DNA of 64,000 nt, from positions 32,001 to 96,000 of the IMG/VR virus record IMGVR_UViG_3300025459_000003; one strand, written 5' to 3'. Made by a program: the position numbers and the translations under genes. Of the stretch, positions 19,660 to 29,078 are shown piece after piece (positions within the stretch are counted from its first letter, which is position 1; each line of letters opens with the position of its first letter). The notes under the pieces were generated by a model. That model did no database searches. It saw only the letters and a program-made list of their open reading frames with translations, and had not been told where the DNA came from. This stretch comes from a virus.

Positions 19660-20243
19660 GGGGGTCCGCCTCCTATGGTCTCTCCCCTTATCACTATCAG
19701 CTGGTCGCTGATGTATTTTTCCAGGTTGAAGCTCACCAGCTCGTGCCTGTAGGGAAGGTTGGGAACCACCTTGTCCGGTGCCCATACGTCTTCGATGATG
19801 TAGAGCCCGTCGGGCTTGAGCAGCAGGGGGATGAGGACGACGGCCGACAGCACCTGGTGCTCGGGGAGGTGGGAGCCGTCGTCTATCACGATGTCGAACC
19901 CCCCGCCCAGCTTGGCCGCCGCCGACCGCAGGGATTCCTCGCTTCCCTGATCGCACTGGAACGACCTGATCCTCCCCTCGTTGATGAGGATGTCCTCGCG
20001 GATGTCCAGGGCGTATATCTCCGCCTCGGGGAAGTACTCCTGCCACATGAACAGGCTCGCCCCGGACCTGTAGTTCTCCCCCACCGTGTAGCACATGGTT
20101 TCGGGGTACCCGATGCCTATTTCCAGCAGCTTCTTGACGTTCCTCCCCTTGAACATCTCGTAGTAGTAGGGCGTGTAGCCGTGGCAAATCGAGGGAACCT
20201 TGTCGGTCCCCCACTTGGCGGCAATCTCGCAAAGCGGCGTCAT
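19641..20243 (-). CDS. sugar O-methyltransferase-like protein, paralog of 17461..18015
   Basis: GTDK..HGY, LEIGIG, IDDGSH, YIIED. Confidence 0.75.
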   Translation of the reverse strand: MTPLCEIAAKWGTDKVPSICHGYTPYYYEMFKGRNVKKLLEIGIGYPETMCYTVGENYRSGASLFMWQEYFPEAEIYALDIREDILINEGRIRSFQCDQGSEESLRSAAAKLGGGFDIVIDDGSHLPEHQVLSAVVLIPLLLKPDGLYIIEDVWAPDKVVPNLPYRHELVSFNLEKYISDQLIVIRGETIGGGPPCQASG

Positions 20244-20431
20244 GCCCTCGTCCACCTTTCCGGTATCCTGTCCGGGGATTCCGGGGAGCCATCGGCCAGC
20301 CATCGCTTGGGGGCGACCCTCGTCCGGTTGCCGATGTTCGCCCTTATGTCGAACACGAGGTCATCGCGGCCCATGAACTGCGAATAGAAGCCCGCCATGG
20401 TTTCCATCTTTCCTACCCTATCTTCATCCAT
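20240..20431 (-). pseudogene. chimeric remnant: FkbM N-terminus joined to GT11 C-terminus
   Basis: FYSQF...DLVFDIRANIGNRT followed directly by APKRWL...IPERW. Confidence 0.55.
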
Positions 20432-21240
20432 CTTTCCGGAGCAATGTCCTTGGTATCAAGGAACGCCGCGGCCGGGCCTAACCATCGCCTGGGGGCGATG
20501 CACGTCCTTCCGGGCCTCGTGTCCCCCAACCACGCGCCCCACCACGAGAAGGAACTGTTGGCGATCACGCCATGGCTGCAGAGGCCCATCAGCCATATGT
20601 CCTCGTGCTCCTTGCCGGGCACGTCCGACCCGAACAGCCTTCCTCCCGGCTTGTTGTGGTCGACTACCCGGAGGCCGGGAAACGCCTCCTTGCACCATGC
20701 GGGGTCGTCCGAAAACACGAAGAACTCGGCGTTTCCCACCCTCTCCTTTATTATCGACATGGCGGCCGAGTAGTAGTCCATGCCCAGGTTGGTGTGGTAT
20801 TCTTCCTGGCCCACGTAGTCGGTCCTGCGGACGTGCAGGAAGGCGCTCCTTTCCTCGCAGCCGAGGATTTCCCTTGCCACGGCCTGGGATGCCCCGCTCA
20901 GTTGGTTTTCCGGGCTGCGGAGCGAGAATGCATCCCTCACCAGCGGCACGTCGAAGTACTTCTCGGTCTGCCACTGCCCGTCGAAGGATGCCCATTGCTT
21001 GTCGTAGACTCCCGGATCGAAGGCATATGTATGATTCCATTCGTAAAAAATGGGAGCGGGCATCTCGGAAACGAAGGTTATCGGGACGTCGAACACCCCG
21101 AGCGCATAGCATCTTTTCAGGTCGGAATCCGGGATGTCCCGGGTAAAGGAAAGCGCCTCGCCCCTGGCCTTGGACACCGATATTCCGAAAGCGTACTGGA
21201 ACATCTGGTTGCCCAGGCCGCCCTTGAGCAGGACTACCAT
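20413..21240 (-). CDS. alpha-1,2-fucosyltransferase-like (GT11)
   Basis: GGLGNQMFQYA, HVRRTDY, FSDD, ANSSFSWWGAWL. Confidence 0.9.
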   Translation of the reverse strand: MVVLLKGGLGNQMFQYAFGISVSKARGEALSFTRDIPDSDLKRCYALGVFDVPITFVSEMPAPIFYEWNHTYAFDPGVYDKQWASFDGQWQTEKYFDVPLVRDAFSLRSPENQLSGASQAVAREILGCEERSAFLHVRRTDYVGQEEYHTNLGMDYYSAAMSIIKERVGNAEFFVFSDDPAWCKEAFPGLRVVDHNKPGGRLFGSDVPGKEHEDIWLMGLCSHGVIANSSFSWWGAWLGDTRPGRTCIAPRRWLGPAAAFLDTKDIAPERWMKIG

Positions 21241-21884
21241 AGGGATTTTGCCTCCTTGTAGGCATCGAACATCTGTTCCGGAAGGTACGCCCTTTTCCAT
21301 CCACCCACCGATGAAAGATGGCAGGAGATGGTGTCCTTGGCGGGCACGGAGCCCGGGTAGAACTGGTACCTTGCGTCGTCGTGCGGGGATATCCCGTGCT
21401 TCGCCAGCGTGTCCGCCACGAAAACGTCCTCCGGCCCCCCTCCCGGCCACGGCTCGGCGGCCGCGACCAGCTCCATCGCCCTCCTGCTCAGGCAGTATCC
21501 CGATCCCCCGCTGGCGAAGATCACGGGGGGGCATTCCCGGTTCACGCCCCCGACGTAGTCGTGCTGCTCGAACCCGCTGCTGGCGAGGTTGGACGGGACG
21601 ACCAGGGTGTCGATGTCCGCCTTGTACACGTGGTCGAATCCCTGGCCCAGCGCCCACCCCACGATGCCCCTCGTCTTCAGGAGCAGGCCCATATAGTCGT
21701 CCGGGACGTCGAGGAAGACCTCGTCCACGCAGATGCGGTCCGGCGGGGGGTTCCCGAGGAAGAACCGGCAGTCCCATTCCGAGGAGGGGGGCACGTCTCG
21801 TATCCAGGTCTGCCTCTGGGCGTCCTGCCATCGCCTGTGCCTGTGGCAGCTCAGGATTGCTATGAGGGTGCGTCCCGGGCCCAT
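21234..21884 (-). CDS. GT31-like (galactosyl/fringe-like) glycosyltransferase
   Basis: RQTW, KADIDT, SGGSGY.LS, EDVFV. Confidence 0.75.
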   Translation of the reverse strand: MGPGRTLIAILSCHRHRRWQDAQRQTWIRDVPPSSEWDCRFFLGNPPPDRICVDEVFLDVPDDYMGLLLKTRGIVGWALGQGFDHVYKADIDTLVVPSNLASSGFEQHDYVGGVNRECPPVIFASGGSGYCLSRRAMELVAAAEPWPGGGPEDVFVADTLAKHGISPHDDARYQFYPGSVPAKDTISCHLSSVGGWKRAYLPEQMFDAYKEAKSLW

Positions 21885-21886
21885 GC

Positions 21887-22870
21887 CTATCCTTTCGCCC
21901 TGGCCATCGCCGTCACCCATGCGTAGGTCTTCCCGAGGCCGTCGATCAGGGGGGCCGAGGGGGCCCACCCCAGCTTCTGGTGGATCAGGCGGTTGTCGGA
22001 GTTGCGTCCCCTGACCCCGAGCGGGCCGGGGACGTGGCGGATGCCCAGGTCCTTGCCAGCGACCTTCATGACCATGCGGGCGAGCTCGTCTATCGTGACC
22101 ATCTCGTCCGAGCCGATGTTCAGGGGCCCCGGAAGGCCCGACCGCACCAGCCGCCTGATGCCCTCCACGCACTCGTCGATGTAGAGGAAGGACCGGGTCT
22201 GCCTCCCGTCGCCGAAGATTTCTATCTCGCCCCCCTCGGGGGCCTGCGCCACCTTGCGGCACAGGGCGGCCGGCGCTTTCTCCCTTCCCCCCTCCCACGT
22301 GCCCTCCGGGCCGAAGATGTTGTGGAACCTGGCCACGTGGATGGGGACGTAGTAGTTCCTGTGGTAGGCCGCATAGAGCCTCTCGCTGAACAGCTTCTCC
22401 CACCCGTACTCGCTGTCCGGCGCTGCCGGGTAGGCGGAGTCCTCGGCGCAGTTGGGGTTGTCCGGGTCGACCTGGTTGTGGGCCGGGTAGATGCAGGCCG
22501 AGCTGGAGTAGAAGTACCTCCCGACGCAGTGCTTCTGGCCGACCTCCAGCATGTTCAGGTTGATGGTCGCGGAGTTGTGCATGATGGCGGCGTCGTTGTC
22601 CCCGCTGAACACGTACTGCGCCCCTCCCATGTCGGCGGCAAGCTGGTAAACCTCGTCGAACCCGCCGTTGAGCGCCGCCCAGCAGGACGACGTGTCCCTG
22701 AGGTCCCGCAGCAGGAACTCGTCCGCCGCCGACGGGCAAAACTCGTGCTCCTTGATGTCCACCCCGCGGACCCAGTACCCCTCCAGCTTGAGCCTCTTCA
22801 CCAGGTGGCCCCCGATGAAGCCCCCTGCCCCGCATACCAGCGCTTTCTTCATGTCGTCCCTCCATGCCAA
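21887..22870 (-). CDS. GDP-mannose 3,5-epimerase-like SDR
   Basis: GAGGFIG, LAADMGG, SSACIYP, YGWEK, REKAPAALCRK, GVRGRNSDN. Confidence 0.88.
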   Translation of the reverse strand: MAWRDDMKKALVCGAGGFIGGHLVKRLKLEGYWVRGVDIKEHEFCPSAADEFLLRDLRDTSSCWAALNGGFDEVYQLAADMGGAQYVFSGDNDAAIMHNSATINLNMLEVGQKHCVGRYFYSSSACIYPAHNQVDPDNPNCAEDSAYPAAPDSEYGWEKLFSERLYAAYHRNYYVPIHVARFHNIFGPEGTWEGGREKAPAALCRKVAQAPEGGEIEIFGDGRQTRSFLYIDECVEGIRRLVRSGLPGPLNIGSDEMVTIDELARMVMKVAGKDLGIRHVPGPLGVRGRNSDNRLIHQKLGWAPSAPLIDGLGKTYAWVTAMARAKG

Positions 22871-22871
22871 A

Positions 22872-23522
22872 TCATAGCGTCCCCTTCGTGATCCCCTCTA
22901 TCGTCTCCCACGGCACCTCGGCGAACGATGCGTTGGGCACCCTCTTCGGGGCGGCGTTCCCGGGATGGATGGCCGAGACGAGCAGCCCGAGGTCGTGCAT
23001 GTCCAGGCACCGGTGCTCCGGCACCTTGGATAGGAATACCGCATCGGCCCCCTGCCGCATCTCCTCGAACTTGTTGGCCTCCCATAGGGAGCGCCGGAAG
23101 GCGGGGGCCGCCACCCACCTCCTCGGGGTCAGGTTCCTGTAGAGGAACGCCCTCCGCGTCCCGTGGAGGTAGTAGTACAGGCTCCCCGTGCCCGCCAGGT
23201 CCAGGGCTGGATTCTCAAGGACGGAGGCCTGCTTCCCCACCCTGTCGGGGGCGTACCAGTCGTCGTCGTCCCATACTATGGCCGCGTCCCCCGCGGCGTG
23301 CCCCATGGCCAGGTTCATCAGCCTTCCGTGGAGCAGCCGGGGGCCCGGCACCCTCACGTACTTTATCCTCGGGTCCTCGGGGAGCATGTCCTTTATGGGG
23401 TCGGCCCCGTTGTCCACCACTATCCATTCCATGCGGGGCCAGCCCTGGGACTGGAAGCACCGGATGCACCGGGGCCAGAACTCCCTCCGGTCGGCGGTCG
23501 GCGTCAGGCAGGAGACAAGCAT
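22872..23522 (-). CDS. GT2 glycosyltransferase
   Basis: VSCLTPT..R, VVDNG, WDDDD. Confidence 0.85.
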   Translation of the reverse strand: MLVSCLTPTADRREFWPRCIRCFQSQGWPRMEWIVVDNGADPIKDMLPEDPRIKYVRVPGPRLLHGRLMNLAMGHAAGDAAIVWDDDDWYAPDRVGKQASVLENPALDLAGTGSLYYYLHGTRRAFLYRNLTPRRWVAAPAFRRSLWEANKFEEMRQGADAVFLSKVPEHRCLDMHDLGLLVSAIHPGNAAPKRVPNASFAEVPWETIEGITKGTL

Positions 23523-24277
23523 GCAAGACCTCCTTCTTTTTGTCGTCGCTCGCGACGTTCTATCTCAAAGTTCCTTAGATAGTTGATGGCCTGAAGTATG
23601 AGCACCTGGTTGTCCCGGAAGTTTATGAGCCCCCATTTGCACTTTGGACAAAGCAAGCCCCTAATTCCCCTCGTCACCCGATCACGGTCAATATGACGAC
23701 CTTGGTCACTCTCGGATGAGAGGGTATCGCGACAGATGGCACAGCAACCTCCTTGCTTTTGCTCAAGGGCCAGGAGTCCCGCATCGTCGATTCCCCTTTG
23801 GTACCGACGCATGTACCGACGCATATGTGGGGCGTTTTGCTCTTTTAGACACTTATGGCATCTGCCTCTTTTGCCGCTTAGGGTGTACTTGCATTTTCCA
23901 AAATCATCAAGGGGAAGCCACTTTTCGCATGCCGGGCAATATTTTTGACCGTCTTTAATGAGCTGTCGCCCTGTCCCGTTCATTCCGCTTGCATTTATAT
24001 ATTCAAACCCGCCCTTTCCACCTTCGTGGATGTTGTAGCAATGTGGGTCCTGACGTGCTTCTTTGAGGAGGTCTATCTCCTTTGCGTAGGCATCTGTCGA
24101 GGCTGAAAACTGAAAGAGGACCCTCTTAACAAACGCTGCCTTTCCGTACTTTTTGATGGCAGCGTTTATAATCTTTCCGGAGCCTAGATAGCTGTCTTCG
24201 GGGTCGCTTGTTTTATGTACCCCTATGTAATAATGGGAGTTGACGAGGTTGGTCGTTCTGTAGACCGTGAAGGTCAT
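23504..24277 (-). CDS. GIY-YIG homing endonuclease fused to a degenerate endonuclease VII domain
   Basis: TVY..TN..N..YYIG.H, YLGSG; C-terminal CAIC...IDRDR..RGLLC..CK; locally lower GC. Confidence 0.75.
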   Translation of the reverse strand: MTFTVYRTTNLVNSHYYIGVHKTSDPEDSYLGSGKIINAAIKKYGKAAFVKRVLFQFSASTDAYAKEIDLLKEARQDPHCYNIHEGGKGGFEYINASGMNGTGRQLIKDGQKYCPACEKWLPLDDFGKCKYTLSGKRGRCHKCLKEQNAPHMRRYMRRYQRGIDDAGLLALEQKQGGCCAICRDTLSSESDQGRHIDRDRVTRGIRGLLCPKCKWGLINFRDNQVLILQAINYLRNFEIERRERRQKEGGLACLSPA

Positions 24278-24387
24278 GATGGGTTTCCAAAAACTGCTGC
24301 CTATACTAAAGAAGCAAAAGACAGGATTTCTTGACTTCCTAGTCCTTATTACAGAGACCGCCCAACAGGGGTACAGGAGAGGACGAC

Positions 24388-25155
24388 ATGGCACTATCGA
24401 TCAGGCAAAAAGCCAAGAACTACACGATCTACCCGGAAATCCCGCTGAACGTGATCCTGCCGAACGCGGTGGCGGCGAACAGCTTTCTCGCCGTCCTGGT
24501 GTTCGCCCACAGGACCCCGGATTCGTTCAACGTGCTCTACCTCGACGCAGAAACCATAGCCCCGAACGTTTTCGACGACAAGACCGATACGTTCACCCTC
24601 CAGGACAAGGTCGTCAACCTTTCCCAGGAATCGGGCACCTTCAGTCCCCCACTTAGCCCGCCTATCGTCTCTCCTGACGTCTCGGGATACTTTCCCAGCG
24701 TCTACGTCTTCACCGCCCCCGCCACCGTGGGAGCGCAGAAGGTCACCATCGTGGACCCCGGAAACAGCAACGCCGGGTCCCCGCCCTTCGCGCCCCCGAT
24801 AGAGTACGGGAGGCCGGTGTTCGATGGCGGAATCGAGGCGGTGGTGTACGAGATCGCCAAGCCGACCTCGATATCCGTGGACAAGCATGCCCATGGCACC
24901 TCCAACGAGACCCCCCTGGTGGCGGCCCTCACCCCGACCGGGATCAACGAGTTCCTGCTGGAGGCGGCGATCCTAATGGACAGCACGGCCCTGGTCCCGG
25001 CCTCCACGGCGACCCTGCTCGACTCCGGGTCCTTCCCCGCCGGAAGCTCGTCCTGGGTCGTGCAGGGGACCGTACAGACCGCCGCCGTGGCGGCCTCGGG
25101 ATTCGGGAACCCCGTCAAGTACGTCGGGGGCATCGTGGCGGTGGCTTTGGCGTAG
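24388..25155 (+). CDS. putative virion structural protein
   Basis: 255 aa, Ala/Val/Thr/Pro-rich, strong RBS. Confidence 0.55.
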   Translation: MALSIRQKAKNYTIYPEIPLNVILPNAVAANSFLAVLVFAHRTPDSFNVLYLDAETIAPNVFDDKTDTFTLQDKVVNLSQESGTFSPPLSPPIVSPDVSGYFPSVYVFTAPATVGAQKVTIVDPGNSNAGSPPFAPPIEYGRPVFDGGIEAVVYEIAKPTSISVDKHAHGTSNETPLVAALTPTGINEFLLEAAILMDSTALVPASTATLLDSGSFPAGSSSWVVQGTVQTAAVAASGFGNPVKYVGGIVAVALA

Positions 25156-25179
25156 GGCCAAGCATTGCGCGAACGTGGG

Positions 25180-25212
25180 AGGGCGGGGCACATGCCCCGC
25201 CCTTTCGTTTTT
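25180..25212 (+). terminator. intrinsic terminator
   Basis: AGGGCGGGGCA/TGCCCCGCCCT stem followed by a T-rich tail. Confidence 0.65.
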
Positions 25213-25423
25213 CCGTGGCCGCAGTATTGGACACCATGAGATTTTTGGACACACTCCCCCTTAATACCTCAATACCAAGGCATCGAAATTTCTCGATAAA
25301 CATGGAAAATTCCCTCTTGAATCCTTAGGTTCCGGCACTGCGGCAGGCATTATGGCCAGGATTTTTATGGCCAGAGATTCATAAATTGGGCGACCAGATA
25401 GGTCGTCAAGTCGGGTAATTTCC

Positions 25424-26176
25424 TTGGGATTGGGGGTAAATGCTTTGGAATCAACACCTTATATGGATTCGGTCACCTCGGCCAGAGCCATGCTCCTCAA
25501 CGAGGAGGACGCCCTGGAGGGGGCCACGACCATCAGCCTGGAGACGCAGCAGGACCTCCAGGAGGACGACGTATTCACCTACATCCAGGAGAACTTCCCC
25601 AGCTTCCTGAGGATGCTCCGCTACCTGAGCCGGGAGGACGGGGACATGCTCCTGAGCTACTACATCCTGGGGAAGACCCAGACCACGCTCGCCAGCATAT
25701 TCAAGTCCACGCAGACGGTGTGCAGCTTCCGCATACGCATGGCCGTCAGGGTCATCGGGGCCTTCCTGATCTTCGGGGAGCCCACGGAGGCGGCGCTCGC
25801 CGAGGTCCTGGCGAAGGCGAGCCTGGAGGGCTCGCTCAAGGGGGGGCTGTCGAGGGCGGTCGCCGAGTACGCCAGGTGCCGGTCGTTCCAGCAGGTCTCG
25901 GAGACGCTGGGCCTCCACAGGCCGGACGTGCGCCGGGCGATGAGCCGGGCGGCCCGGACGCTCATGGAGTCGAGGGAGAACAAGAAGGCGGCGATAGGGG
26001 CGTGGGTCCATTCGCTGATCGACAAGAGCAATCCCGTGGGGTCCGGGTACAGCAAGCGCAAGCTGATGAAGGAAGGCCACATATTCAGGCAGGATTCCGA
26101 CATCCTGGGGCAGTTCGTCGTCCCGATAGAGAACCCGGACTTCGACCAGGTGTTCGTGAGCAGGGCCAACAGATGA
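25424..26176 (+). CDS. HTH / sigma region-4-like DNA-binding protein
   Basis: LS.ED..ML..YY..GKTQ..LA..F..TQ..CS.RI plus a second HTH-like segment. Confidence 0.5.
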   Translation: MGLGVNALESTPYMDSVTSARAMLLNEEDALEGATTISLETQQDLQEDDVFTYIQENFPSFLRMLRYLSREDGDMLLSYYILGKTQTTLASIFKSTQTVCSFRIRMAVRVIGAFLIFGEPTEAALAEVLAKASLEGSLKGGLSRAVAEYARCRSFQQVSETLGLHRPDVRRAMSRAARTLMESRENKKAAIGAWVHSLIDKSNPVGSGYSKRKLMKEGHIFRQDSDILGQFVVPIENPDFDQVFVSRANR

Positions 26177-26634
26177 CGACTCGAAGGCTCGACTTCCTAT
26201 GGAGGGCCGTCAGGGACGGCATCGGCGGGCCCTTCCGGGCGCTGTGGCTGGCGTGCATCGCCGTCGTGGCGGCCGACTTCCTGGACCTGGCGTCGTCCTA
26301 TGCCGCCAGCGCCCTGGTCCCCGTCTGGCGGGAGGGCAACCCGCTCGCGAGCCTCCCCCTGACCCACAAGTTCGTCCTGGGGGCGGGGGTGGCCATGAAG
26401 CTGGAGGGGTACCTGTTCTACGCCCCGTTCATCTGGCTCCTGTACGAGGCGCTGAGGGCCCGGGCGGACCGGCCCCTCGCCGCCCTGCTCGCCTCCCTGC
26501 CACTGTGGTTCGACGCCTGGCGAATCCTCGCCGCCGCCCTGGAGAACGCGGCCTTCATCGTATGGTGGTACGGGTGGCTCAGGCATCGCACCCTCGACCT
26601 GATCATGGAGCTCATGCACCAGCAAGGGTATTAG
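26173..26634 (+). CDS. membrane protein (D..S...EGNP motif, DUF5658-like)
   Basis: Several TM segments; ATGA coupling. Confidence 0.55.
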   Translation: MTTRRLDFLWRAVRDGIGGPFRALWLACIAVVAADFLDLASSYAASALVPVWREGNPLASLPLTHKFVLGAGVAMKLEGYLFYAPFIWLLYEALRARADRPLAALLASLPLWFDAWRILAAALENAAFIVWWYGWLRHRTLDLIMELMHQQGY

Positions 26635-26639
26635 CCATT

Positions 26640-26942
26640 ATGGTCGCGAAGGCGAAAAGCCGCAAGTGGTGGGACGCCGTACCCGGAACCGGACGGTGGA
26701 GGAGGCTGTCCCCCGGAAGGCGGGCGCGAATCCTCCGCTGCGAAAAGGCCATGAAAAGGCGCTGGGCGAAGGAGGGCCTGCCCCTCCTGAGGAAGCTCGT
26801 CCTCGGATGCCTGGGCTCCTGGCCGATGGACGGCCCCGATGCCGACGAGGCCAGGCGGGAGTACTGGGCCAAGGCGGAGCAGATTTGCCGGGAGGAGACG
26901 TACAGGGAGTTCCCGGAGGCGAGGGCCGCCGACCGGGCGTAG
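26640..26942 (+). CDS. hypothetical protein
   Basis: ORF within the operon. Confidence 0.45.
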   Translation: MVAKAKSRKWWDAVPGTGRWRRLSPGRRARILRCEKAMKRRWAKEGLPLLRKLVLGCLGSWPMDGPDADEARREYWAKAEQICREETYREFPEARAADRA

Positions 26943-26981
26943 CAGCACGCAGACCACCGGGAGAGTCCGGATGAACGGAGG

Positions 26982-27254
26982 ATGAAAATGAGCGGAAGCC
27001 TGTTCGACTACCTGCAAGAGCACGGGAACGACCTCAGCGACCACGACCTCGCCGTCCTGGCCGACTGGGCCAACGAGAAGAAGAACGGCGTGGACAACCA
27101 CGACTGGAAGAAGCCGTACGCGCTGATCCGGGAGGGGGCGGACCTCCTGCTCCGGCGCAGGGCGAGGAGCGAGGTCAGGCCAATAACGGCCCGGCTTGGT
27201 TTCCAGACAAAGCGACCGGCCCCCGAGGAAAAACGGTCGGCAAGTAAGTATTGA
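26982..27254 (+). CDS. hypothetical protein
   Basis: 90 aa with GGAGG RBS. Confidence 0.55.
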   Translation: MKMSGSLFDYLQEHGNDLSDHDLAVLADWANEKKNGVDNHDWKKPYALIREGADLLLRRRARSEVRPITARLGFQTKRPAPEEKRSASKY

Positions 27255-27263
27255 AGGACTGGC

Positions 27264-27421
27264 GGGCGTGCGGCGCGATGCGGCGAGCACGAAGAACGCG
27301 ATGGCCGTCGAGACAGAAAACGGGGCACCGTGCCTGTCCTAGCGGCTTCCGGGCGACGAGCGGGGCATGCCAGCAACCGCGTAGAGAGCGAAGCCACGCC
27401 ACCGGGATTCCGGCCACGCCC
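27264..27421 (+). ncRNA. candidate tRNA-like structured RNA with a long insert
   Basis: GGGCGTG/CACGCCC closing stem; D-arm-like and T-arm-like (CCGG-GATT-CCGG) segments. Confidence 0.3.
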
Positions 27422-27431
27422 GTCCTTTCAC

Positions 27432-29078
27432 ATGCCGAAGTTCGAGATCGTCACCGCCGACATCATCGACTGGGCCGCCTTGTACGACGGCCCGAAGTTC
27501 CACGCCGTGCTCTCGGACCCGCCCTACGGCATTGAATTCATGAACAAAAAATGGGATTCCCCCCAGGAGCTCCTGAAGGATGCCCCCCAGGGCAGGCCAG
27601 CGGCCTGGCCCCCGCCCGGCAACCTCGGGGGGTTCGCGGACGGCAACAAGCCCAGCTTCGCCCGCCAGGGCAAGGTCCAGAGGAAGTACCAGGAATGGTG
27701 CGAGCAGTGGGCGGCGGTCCTCCTGCCCGAGCTCCATCCCGGGGCGGTGTCGCTGTTCTTCGGCGGTACCCGCATGTGGCACCGTCTGGCGGGCGGCATC
27801 GAGGACGCCGGGTTCGAGATGTGGGACACCATCATGTGGCTCTATGGCCAGGGGATGCCCAAGGCGCTGGACGTCTCCAAGCTCATCGACAAGAGGAACA
27901 AGGACGAGCGCGGGGTCGTCGGGTACGACGCGTCCCGGGCACGCCCCAATAGGGTCGACAACACCGGGTACGACGACGCGGGCAAGGTGCCCAGCGACCG
28001 GTCCGACAACGGGGCCACCATCACCGCCCCGGCCTCCGCCGAGTCCGCCCCGTGGTCCGGGCACAAGACGTGCAGCCTCAAGCCCGCATGGGAGCCCGTC
28101 CTGTGCTTCAAGGCCCCGATGGGCGGCAGGACCTACGCCGAGCTGGCGACCGGGTTCGGCAGCGGGGCGCTGAACGTGGACGGGGCGAGGGTCGCCGCGG
28201 ACGACGGAGCGCAGGAGGGAGGCGGCAGGGAGGGCGAGGCGTCGGCGGACAGGCGCTATGCGGAGGAGGGCTCGACGGACTTCGCCGTCAGGCCGGGTCC
28301 CAGGGGCGGCGACGCCAGGGGGAGGTACCCCGCCAACCTCGTCCTGGGATGCACGTGCAAGCACACGGAAATCGTGGACATGCCAGCGACGGGGCACTTC
28401 CCCTCCTCGCGGTTCAAGGAGACCCCGATCTTCGGCGGCGGAAAGGGCATGCCCATCGAAACGGGCCAGGAGGAGCGGTACGTCGGGGGCAAGGCTGCGA
28501 TCCATACGGATCCCTCGTGCCCGTGCTATTTGCTCGACGAACAGGCCGGGGAGCGGGGCGCTTCCGCGCCGGTCCAAGGCAACGAGCCGAGCACCCGGAT
28601 GGGCGAGCATGGCATATACTCGACGGCAAACAAGCGGCTGCCGGGCTCGTTCTTCGGCGATGCGGGAGGCCCCTCCCGCTTCTTCTACCAAGCCAAGGCG
28701 TCCCGCGGCGAGAGGGAGACGGGGCTCCTGGGCTTCGTCCCCTGCCACAAGTGCGGGGATCTCGGCAGCCAGAAGCACGTCGACCCCAAGACCGGGAAGG
28801 ATGCGAAGTGCGTCAGGAACAACCATCCCACCGTCAAGCCCATAGCCCTGGCCAAATACCTGGCCACGCTCCTCCTGCCTCCGCCGAGCGCCAGCCCCAG
28901 GAGAATCCTGGTGCCCTTCTCCGGCAGCGGGAGCGAGGTCATAGGCTGCCTCCTGGCCGGGTGGGACGAGGTGGTGGGGGTGGATGTCGATCCCCACTAT
29001 TCGGAGATCGCCAGGCGGCGGTGCGAGGCGGCGCTCAGGGGCGAGTACGACAAGACCGTCGAGGAGGACGAAGGATGA
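27432..29078 (+). CDS. DNA amino-methyltransferase (N6A/N4C, beta class)
   Basis: DPPY, LKPAWEP, GRYPAN, HPTVKP, PFSGSGS. Confidence 0.9.
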   Translation: MPKFEIVTADIIDWAALYDGPKFHAVLSDPPYGIEFMNKKWDSPQELLKDAPQGRPAAWPPPGNLGGFADGNKPSFARQGKVQRKYQEWCEQWAAVLLPELHPGAVSLFFGGTRMWHRLAGGIEDAGFEMWDTIMWLYGQGMPKALDVSKLIDKRNKDERGVVGYDASRARPNRVDNTGYDDAGKVPSDRSDNGATITAPASAESAPWSGHKTCSLKPAWEPVLCFKAPMGGRTYAELATGFGSGALNVDGARVAADDGAQEGGGREGEASADRRYAEEGSTDFAVRPGPRGGDARGRYPANLVLGCTCKHTEIVDMPATGHFPSSRFKETPIFGGGKGMPIETGQEERYVGGKAAIHTDPSCPCYLLDEQAGERGASAPVQGNEPSTRMGEHGIYSTANKRLPGSFFGDAGGPSRFFYQAKASRGERETGLLGFVPCHKCGDLGSQKHVDPKTGKDAKCVRNNHPTVKPIALAKYLATLLLPPPSASPRRILVPFSGSGSEVIGCLLAGWDEVVGVDVDPHYSEIARRRCEAALRGEYDKTVEEDEG

